From NCBI GenBank assembly GCA_965113315.1, contig OZ220363.1: DNA of 64,000 nucleotides; one strand, given 5' to 3'. Numbering within the stretch: position 1 is the stretch's first letter; each line of letters starts with the position of its first letter. Position numbers and translations under genes: made by a program. The notes under the pieces are model-generated. The model searched no databases and was not told where the DNA came from. It worked only from the letters and a program-made list of their open reading frames with translations. This stretch comes from Podarcis vaucheri (Eukaryota). Below, one piece after another: positions 50,501 to 61,057 of this stretch.

Positions 50501-53500
50501 AACTGGGCTGTGAAAGGACATCCCAGTGAACTTACCCCAGCATAGAACATTTTATTCCGAAATCGGCTGTTAAATTTCTCTGGATTGGCCTCTGCAGAAA
50601 AAAAAGGTTGCTATGGGTTACTTGTTGCCACATTTGTGACATTAAGTCACATTTCTGTCTCCATGACTGGTTAAATCACAGAAGCACCTTCTCTGCATGC
50701 GCATCTCCCCACATTAGAAAAAAGCAGCAGAAAGTCTCTAGTCCCCCACCCAATATCCGCTACCAAAGTTGACCGTCTCTTGCCACAATGTGCTCACACA
50801 GCACTCTACTGTATGACAGGATTAGGGGATTATTATTTGTGCTAAACTAGCACTAATATGGACCTTTACCCCTCTTGTTGAAAGGAAAGGCATTTGTTGT
50901 ACCTTGAAGCCAATTCCTTGTCACTTTCTTCTCCCTCCTGAGTAAGCCCTCTGCTTTCAGCTCATGACCTCCAAAATCATTGGTATGGTTTCCCCACAGG
51001 AGGCCATCCCTCCAAGCATGGTGCACTGAGAGCATTGGCCACATCCCACCTGTTGTTGCTATTTACCTCGGGACTCGTGGAATTCCAGTGTCACCCGGGC
51101 GTCAAAACCAAGGCTGAAATAATTGTTGAAGACATCAAGAGGGAGCTAAAATTGAGAGTGAGAGGAAACACCACTAAATCTGAGGCTCTGATGAAGGTGA
51201 AATGACTTTTCAGCTACTCTATAAATACCCATATGTGACTAAGCAAAGCAGAATTCAATGGAAAAATGCTCTCCTACCCATGAGGGGGATGGATGGGGTG
51301 AAACAGTAGTTAGGACAACAGTGTTTTGTCACAGAAGTGCCATGAACATCAAGAGACAAGGGATGAAAAGCCCTGGAGTGGGGAGCCTTAAAGAGTGCTT
51401 TAAGGTAAAAAGTAGAGACTGTAGATCCTTAGAAATATTCCACGGTGGGGTTTTGTTTTGTTTTAATTTTCATTTATAACAGAAAACAACCACCTTTCAA
51501 TGATCATTCAACAATATTTCTAACATTTTAACCTCGACTTTCCTCCTCCTCTTTCTTCGGTTCCTTAAAGTTTCCCCCCCCCCTCACCCCCTGCATATTC
51601 CAATTGTTTCAACTTATTCTTTTGATCATCTGTTATCATATATGTTTCAGAAACTGCAAGTTTTTACAGTAATCTTGCTAGTGTCTTAATCTGTTTGCAA
51701 TTTGCTTGTAAATATTCAACAAAACATTTCCATTCCTTAATAAAAAGTTTGTTGTCTTGATTTCTTAATTCTTCCAGTTAAGTTTCACCATTTCTGCATA
51801 TTCCCTTAATTTCTGTAAGCCATTCTTCTCTGGTCCGAACTTCTTATTCTTTCCATATTTGAGCAAATATTATTCTAGCGGCTGTAGTTGCATACACAAA
51901 TAAGTTTCTATATTGTTGAGGTAGCTCTGATCCCACAATCCCCAAAACAAGTATGCTGTGGTTAACCTTTTCACACTGGGCAAAAATCCTGCTCCTTTCC
52001 CCGTCTTACTTTCTTCATTGCTATCCTACTTGCTTACTTGACATACATGGCAAAAACCATTAGGTTAGCTAGGGGCAGTTGCAGTTGCCATAACACACCT
52101 GACCCACCATGAAATAAACCAGAAGGAAGCATACTAAGTATATCTTTGGTGGGGAGACTGTAGCAGCTGGCCCTAAAAGGGCATGATGGTGTTGTAGGCC
52201 TCACCTTGTCTGCTGCCGCCTCATCCTTCTCTTCAGTGTTTGCCTCAGGATTTGGCTCCACCTGCAGACTCCAGCGGTCCAGCTGCACAATCTCTCCCTC
52301 TTCTACGTGCGACAGGATCTTTGACAAGGGCTCATCCGTGTAACCCTGTGGGTTGAGATGTTCTCCGTGAAGGACTGACGCAAGATAGCAAGCATTAAGT
52401 GACCTCCTTTCGGGAAGGGCTGTGGCTGAGTATCAAAGGTCCAATCCCCAGCAAATTAAGCAGGGCTGGGATAGACTTATTCCTGGAAACCTGGAGACCC
52501 ACTGCCAGTTACTATAGATAATACTGACTTAAGAATAAGAATACTGACTTATAGGATAAGTGGATAGCTCAGTTGGTTAGAGCATGGTGCTGATAACACC
52601 AAGGTTGCAGGTTCAGTCCCCGTATGGGACAGCTGCCTATTCCTGCAGGGGGTTGGACTAGAATTCAGAATTCAGGGGTGCCCAAACTTTTAAGTTTCCT
52701 GCTTGGCAGGGGGTTGGACTCGATGGCCTTGTGGTCTCTTCCAGCTCTATGATTCTATAAGAAGGACTGACTCAGCACATCTCACACCCCACTGCTGACC
52801 TGGAACACAGTAAAGTCTAGAATTGGTACCGAACTGGCAGTCTTACCCCACCCCAGTTCAACGTCCTTGCCAGGTCATTTCCAGTCCCCAGGGGAAGAAT
52901 GGCCACAGGCGGTGGAGGGTTCAGGCGCAACTGGTCCAAGATGGAGAGGATCCACCCCACCTATTTAGCCAAGAAAGACAAAGGTTCAGACAGAAATTTG
53001 GCTGGGAGCTTCCCTTGCTTTTTTTTTTGGCACATGGCTGTTTTCTCAATATAGGTCAAACTCCAAAAAATGGCAAAAAGAGAGAAGCTGTTAGGAACTG
53101 GGGGAAGACCCCATGAGTGGCTACTAGGCCATACATTGCCAGTTAATCTGGTTTGGAACCGACTGGTCACAAGCAAAGCAAAAAAAGAATTATCTGTGAA
53201 TACTAGAGAGTTATGCAAAAGCAGCTCATAGTTTATAGAGAAGTGGCATGTTGAATAAAGGTCAGCAGGGTAGCAGTACCTGAGCAGTCACTGCAGTGAT
53301 TTATCCACCAGCCACGCTAATCACAAAACCACCAATGCAGGCCTTGCTCACAAAAACCACCGTCACTAGCATGCAATTCAACTAGCATCTTGGTTGAAGA
53401 GGAAGCACACTGCATCCTGGGCAATGTAGTCTTGAATAATGATGAGTGTGTTATAGAACTTGGTGGACCCATCCTTCTCATTTGATTTAGAGCCAATGAA

Positions 53501-54868
53501 CTGTCTTCTTAATTGGCTATCCATGACTGCTATCCATGGTGGTCGTGTTCTATCTGCACTGTTCAAGGTGATACACCTCCAAATGCCAGTTGTTGGGAAT
53601 AAAATGTAGGGATAGTGCTGTTGCACTCAGGACCTACTTGCAAGCTTCCCAGAGACGTCTGGTTGGCCACTGTATGAAGAGTCCTGGGCCAGATGGGTCT
53701 TTGGCCTGATCCTGGTCCTCTTGTGGCGTTATGACATAAACCCTCAAGGGATCGCGGCCACTTACCGTACCATCTCCCCCACATGCCAGAATTCGTAGGT
53801 TGTGCACTTTGCGATACATCTCCAACCTGCACAAAGCCCAGAAGAAGTGATAGTTAAGAGGACAAGAACAGAATGTGCAGCATTAACAGGAAGCAACCCG
53901 TTTTCATATAATCTTTCAGAAATGTAGAAGCTGAGTAAGAACCCGTCAAGACATGTTTGTCTTTGGAACCAATCCTCAATCTGGCACCATCTTCAAGCTA
54001 CCATGGATGGCGGCTAACAGATTGAGGATGGATGGCGGCTAACAGATTGAGGTTGAATCCTGACAAGACAGAAGTACTGTTTCTGGGGGACAGGGGGCGG
54101 GCAGGTGTGGGGGATTCCCTGGTCCTGAATGGGGTAACTGTGCCCCTGAAGGACCAGGTGCGCAGCCTGGGAGTCATTTTGGACTCACAGCTGTCCATGG
54201 AGGCACAGGTTAAATCTGTGTCCAGGGCAGCTGTTTACCAGCTCCATCTGGTACGTAGGCTGAGACCCTATCTGCCCGCGGACTGTCTCGCCAGAGTGGT
54301 GCATGCTCTGGTTATCTCCCGCTGGGACTACTGCAATGCACTCTACGTGGGGCTACCTTTGAAGGTAACTCGGAAACTACAACTAATCCAGAATGCGGCA
54401 GCTAGACTGGTGACTGGGGGCGGCCGCCGAGACCATATAACACCGGTCTTGAAAGACCTACATTGGCTCCCAGTACGTTTCCGAGCACAATTCAAAGTGT
54501 TGGTGCTGACCTTTAAAGCCCTAAACGGCTTCGGTCCAGTATACCTGAAGGAGCGTCTCCACCCCCATCATTCTGCCCAGACGCTGAGGTCCAGCGCCGA
54601 GGGCCTTCTGGCGATTCCCTCATTGCGAGAAGCAAAGCTACAGGGAACCAGGCAGAGGGCCTTCTCGGTAGTGGCGCCCGCCCTGTGGAACGCCCTCCCA
54701 TCAGATGTCAAAGCGATAAACAACTACCTGACATTCAGGAGACATCTTAAGGCAGCCCTGTTCAGGGAAGTTTTTAACGTGTGATATTTTATTGTATTTT
54801 TGGTTTTTATGGAAGCCGCCCAGAGTGGCTGGGGACACCCAGCCAGATGGGCGGGGTATAAATAATAA

Positions 54869-54924
<56 letters not shown>

Positions 54925-57900
54925 GAAAGAGCTGTATGGCCAAAATCAGAGGAAGAGGGTACTGGGCAAGAAGGACTGTACTTTGGATGATGTAATTTAG
55001 ACTAGGAATTCCCAACTCCACTTATTTGGGAGAAAGCTCCACTAAAATCAGTAGGATTTACTTTTGAGTGGACATGGGTAGGACTGCACTATTAGATTCT
55101 CCTTCCTTCAGGAAGCAGAAGGTGTCCTGGTTAGAAGGTGTAAACAGTAGTTCTTTTTTCTGCTGCACTTGGGCCCTAACTGAAAAGAAGCATAGCAGCT
55201 AGGGACTTGTGATGAATTTGAGAAACGATGGTTCTGCCCTGAAGTCTGCTTCATTATCTGTGTGTGAAAAGTCTCTCTCTTAGCCCAGGTGGGCCCTTCA
55301 GATGTTGCTGAACAATAATTTCCATCACCCCTGGGTGAAGGAAGAAGCCTGCTGGGGCTGATGGGAATTGCAGTTCAGCCAGAGATTCCCTAATTCACCT
55401 CATAGGGTTGTTCATTTTGTTCTATTCCACTCTCTCTTTAGACCATTATCAGCACTTTTCAACTGAAAGTACTTCACTGTATATCAAGCAGTACAAGTAC
55501 CACCAGTTGAAAAGCCCTGCTTTACACGGTCAACAGTAGCTTAGATTGAATGGGTCATCCAGCTTGAAAAATGACAGAACATCAGGTGTTCCCACTCTTC
55601 TGATACTAAGTGCCACTCTCTGCTCCTTGGAAGATATACAGGATGCAAATGTAAACACACAAACACACAAAAACCAGAATATGTGGAGATTTTCCGGGAA
55701 TTTCAGTCCTGTGTCTTTTAGAAAAGGCCTCTCTACTGGGATGGGGCTAAGACTCATTCAGACAGATACTCACGCTTCTTTGGGGCCTCCCTGGCTGAGA
55801 TCAAAAACTTGTCGAGGGTTGAGGTACCACATAAATGACTGGATTATTTTTGTTCCCTAAAAATTATGGAGAAAGAAGAGTCAGGAAATTCGGAAACAAA
55901 CTGAAGGAGGACTAGGGCTAAAATACAGGTGTGTCAGCATATGGTCTGCAACCAATGGAATAAAATGCTTGAAAAATACACTTACCTGATTCCCACCACT
56001 TTTGGGGTTCACAAACACAAGCAGCGGCTTCATGAGAGGTGCTGGGACAGGCTTGATGACAAAGGGTTTCCATCGCCCTTCCTGCAAAATAACATTAGTA
56101 ATGATTAAGGATAATGACCCAGATTATGGTGAAATAAGAGCTTATGCCTGGGAAGCTCAATTCGTTTGTTTTTGTAGGACCCCAGTTATTATCACCACTA
56201 AAGTCTACATTACTCTGTTAGTACAAGTTGTGTAAAACTGGACAAACATGCATGATCTGTTCTTCATGGGCAAATATAAGCAGGGATGTATTTTGGCTTT
56301 GGCAGAAGTTGGAGTTCACTGTTCATTTCTGGTCAAGGTCTCTGGAAACAGGCATAAATATAATGGGGAAAGTTGGGTCACTGGAAGCTTCAACCATCGG
56401 TTGCCAGCTTTATAAGTTTCATTACAAAAGTACAAAGTTGTTGTCAGCCTTTTCTCCTTTTGGACTTCAATCCCCACCATCCTGAGAAACAAGCTGTCTC
56501 CTTTTGGACTGCCACTAACGTTGCCTCAGGTAGGGAAGCAAAAGCTCCCCAAGCCTTTAATCCCATGTGATCAGTTAGCAATATTTAGGATTTATTGACA
56601 ATGTGGTATCAAAGCAGCATTAACTAGGTTCTCCTCCTCCATTCAAAAACAGTACTTAAATTCAGTGACTAAACCTTAATGATTTAAAATGTGGTCCTCC
56701 ATTTGCTGCAGTGTCTCTCTGCTAACAAGTCAAGAGCCATCCTTAGCACACAGCATCCTTAGGAAACTGACAGCTGGTGACTATGCAACTAAACTGTACA
56801 TTATTAGTGATCACCGGAGACTAGTAATTCTATGACAGAAATGGGGACTCTGTGGCCCTCCAGATGTTTCTGAACCACAACCCCTACCATCCTTGGCTAG
56901 GGTTGATCAGAGTTTAGGTCCAACTCTCATCCATCCCAGGGTTATTGTCAGGGAACTGACATCGGAGCAGAGTGGAGAGGCTAGGCTCCCAGATTCTGCC
57001 GGAGAGGGAACCAGTAAGGGAAGAGAGAGAACGTCCTCTGGGGAAAGAAGTCCAGGTGACACCAGGAAGAAGGGAGAGGCAGAGAGCACTTCGGAGGGGA
57101 GGCTCCGAGACTCTTCCAGTGAAGTCAGTGAGGAGAGTGGAGGACCACCGCTTGGCACGCCCACTCTGCGCAGAAGGCTTCCGCGCAGAGGCGAGGAGGA
57201 GGTTGTCCGTTAAGGAATTCTTATGCTGGAGGAAATTTAGGAGACACCCACTGACGGATTCTGCCAGCGACTGAGGCAGCCGCGCAAAAGGGCTGCTCAG
57301 CCAGGGAAAGACGCAACCACCCCTAAGCAGTTGGAACAGCTGGAGGTTTACACACAAGCAACCCCAATTCCCATGATAGTTATATTATAAAGGAGCCAAG
57401 GGAGGGGGTGGAGGGAAGTCAGGGGATTCAAGTAATCCCATACTGTGGATTCAATACGAATTGTATATATAGTTGTTTTAAATGTTTTATTTTATGCCTT
57501 TTATTCTTCTTAAAGTAATGCTTTTGTTTTTGTGAAAATTAATAAAAAATTAAAGAAAACAAAAATCCCAGGGTCCCTATCTTTGGAAAAGTAACTGAAT
57601 GTGTTACTGAACCATATTCCCAGCAGAAATAGACTAGAATTCTATGGCTGACCCCTCTCCTCCTCCCTGTGTAGAATAGCACAATGAAATGTTGAAGCAT
57701 TCAGTCAACCAGAGTTTCCCAAGGTAGCAACCAGGACTTCCCAGTTTGGACAAAATGGGAAATTCCGCTTAACTGGAAACTTCCTCATGTTGCTGAAGGG
57801 TGCTGCAAAGAGGACGCTTGAGCAATCAAAATGCTCATACATACGTTTGCTTATTAAGCCAAGATAAAATCATTCAAAGACAAACTATGTCTTCTAAAAT

Positions 57901-60900
57901 TCATCACAGATTATATCAGAGAATTCATCGTAACTGTTTTTATCTTGCATGGTCGATCATCAGTGTAAGTTTCTCCATTTTTTGTGGTTATATGCATTTA
58001 GTTACAGCATTTAATCCTTCTTATGTTTGTTATGCCAACTTTAAGATAAAAATGGATTTTCTATATACAATTATTGGTTTATAATGCAAGTATTTATATT
58101 ATTACATTTTGTTCAGTTCTTCTTAATTTTTGAGCAGAGGATGCAGTTCTGCCCTTTCAGAGATTCCATTTGGGAGATTCCATGCAATTTCACTGTTTTT
58201 CTTGAAATTGAGGAAAATCAAAATACCTCCTCTATTTTGATATGTTAGTTAGAACATTTGCTATTTGTAAATTAACCAAGCAATTGTTTATGAGAGCACA
58301 GATTATTTTTTAAAAGTGTTCCACTTCCCCCAGCATGCTAAAAACATTTGTAAGTAAAACACTGGAGGAAAAACCCAAACACTAGTCTATTGCCTGGTAT
58401 TTTTGCCACTGATCTCTCAGCACCACCACCTCTTCAGTTTGCATCTTAGTTCTCAGTCTTTCCCTATCCTAGTTCTGTTCTCTGACCTCAGGACCCTTCT
58501 TGCTGGATTTCCTCCTGAACGATGTCCTCTTTTTCTTCTTACTTGACTTTAGCGGGTTCTAGAGATGAGGGAAAAGAAGAAGCAATGTAAACGAGGAGCT
58601 GGTTTAAATGAGCCCCTGTTTTAAATGGAAAAGAAACCCGAGGGGGCAACCTACTTGGGGATGTCGGACCCGTAGGATCCAAGTGGGGGGGATGACAACA
58701 GCGGCATGTGCCCCTAGTGAGCAGGGCTCCTCAATGTGCTGCAGCATGAAGCATGAAACTTTACTGTGATACTGAAAGGAAAAGGAGAAAGCCAGTTAGT
58801 GTCTACAGAACTGTCCAGGACAATCACAGTCTTCAGTGTGTCTGTTCCAAACACTGGCCACGTCTACCCACGCAGCAGAATGATGTAGCAATCAGGGGGT
58901 AAAGTGATAAGGAATGGGCTGTACCACTTCAGATTGCAGGGGGCAGGATCACCATTTTTAATGCTCCCCTTACTTTAAGAAAAACAAAAAAACCTAAACA
59001 AGAAGACTAGTACTTCCAAACTCTGGGGCGAGGGAGGCAAAGGAGGCAGAGGTGTTTGTGTTTAGAAAGGGAGGGCAATTTAGCAAACAGATACATGCTG
59101 CACTCACTGCTTGCTTACACCAGGAACAGCTGATGGCTACAATCTCCTTGCTGTGAAAGGCGAATTTTTGCTGGAAACCCTGCACAGGGAGACAGGAAAA
59201 TAAGGAGAAAGTTGCACATCACTTCAAGTTTCTTTTTATATCATAGCAATAAACCTGTGGTCCATGAATTTACAACAACAAAGAGTTGAGTAGCATCTTA
59301 GAAACAAATAAATGTAACGTGACGTGAATATAATGTGGACATTGGAGCAGAAAAGACTATTTATATATGTGACCACGGCTGCGCAGATGTTATTGACTCA
59401 GAGATGGATAGAAGATAAAGTCCCGACCAGAGAAGAATGGCAGATAGAGTTGATGCATTATGCCAAAATGGCAAAAATGACCAGAAGAATCAGAAATCAG
59501 GAAGACCAAAATTTTAATAAGGAATGAGGGAAATTTATAATTTATCTTAAAAACCATTGTAATCAGTTAAAATTATTAGTAGGATTGGAATAACACTCGT
59601 AGTTTAATCATGAATTTTTGATATAATGGAGATGTAAAAGGTTTGGATTATTATAAAAGATGCAGAAGAAAATGACTAACAAGAGGACCCACAAAGGGGA
59701 GGAGGGAAGTACAGGAGATTCTTTGGAATCTTGTTTTTATGTTGTATGCTGGATATGTGATTGTAAAACTTTAATTTGAAAAACTAAATAAATAAATTTA
59801 TTTTTAATAAATAAATTAATAAATAATAATAATAATTTATTTATATCCTGCCCTCCCCAGCCAAAGCCAGGCTCAGAGCAGCTAACAACAGTAAAAATAA
59901 CACATAAAAGCACAATCAATTAATTGAAATACATTCTAAAATCAATTCATTCTAAAATCAATTCAAAATCAAATTAATGGCAACCATTGGGCTGGAGTGC
60001 TATGAGGATTACAGAAGGAGGGGGTCAGGCTGCGCCTTGGCCAAAGACCTGGTGAAAGAGCTCTGTCTTGCAGGCCCTGCGGAAAGATGTCAAGTCCCGC
60101 AGGGTCCTAGTCTCTTGTGACAGAGCGTTCCACCAGATCGGGGCCACGGCTGAAAAAGCCCTGGCTCTGGTTGAGGCCAGCCTAACCTCCCTGTGGCCCG
60201 GGACCTCCAAGATGTTTTTATTTGAAGACTGTAAGGTCCTCCATGGGACATACCTGGAGAGGCGGTCCCGTAGGTACGAGGATCCTAGGCCGTATAGGGC
60301 TTTAAAGAAAGAATATATTGTGGACAAATATCCTTCATCAGACACATAACTCTTGTCCCAATGTGCTAGTCTTTATAGGACCAAAAGGAAGTGTATTTCC
60401 CCTCCTACAGTCAGGGCTTTCCCCCCGGTGAGTTCCGGCTCCTCTTTGGTGCATTCCGGCACCTCTATAGCATGGTGGCATGGCACTTGGGACTGCACGA
60501 CAGGGGCTGTGAGTGGAACACTGACTGGTGGGGCGCGGAGAGGTGAGCTCAACAACTTTGGGTGGGTTTTGGAAAATGGTCTGTGGGTGAGAACCTTGCC
60601 ATGAATCTCAGTTATGACATGGGTGGTAGTTGTTGTTGCTGTTGTTGTTAATGTGATTATATAATTATATAACAATTATAATACGTTGCTGTTATTTGGA
60701 GAAGGAAAACTCTGATCCCTCAGTGCCTTGCAGAATATCTTGGGGAGAAGAAAAGGCTAAGGAGGAAACTCTACACAAATCCAGATTAGAGTCCCTAAGA
60801 CTGTTGAATGGCACCTTGTATGCTTCCTTCCAGCAACTCCTGAAGCCAAGCTAGGGTCAAATACATTCGGTGCTCCTCATGCAGTGGTTTGACTTCACCC

Positions 60901-61018
60901 CGCGAGGCACACTCTATTGTCTCTCAAGACAATCAGATGCCAACAATGATAGTAACTTATTTCTAAACCACCCATCATTTGAGAATCACAAGGCTGCATA
61001 CGACAATAAAAAATTATT

Positions 61019-61057
<39 letters not shown>

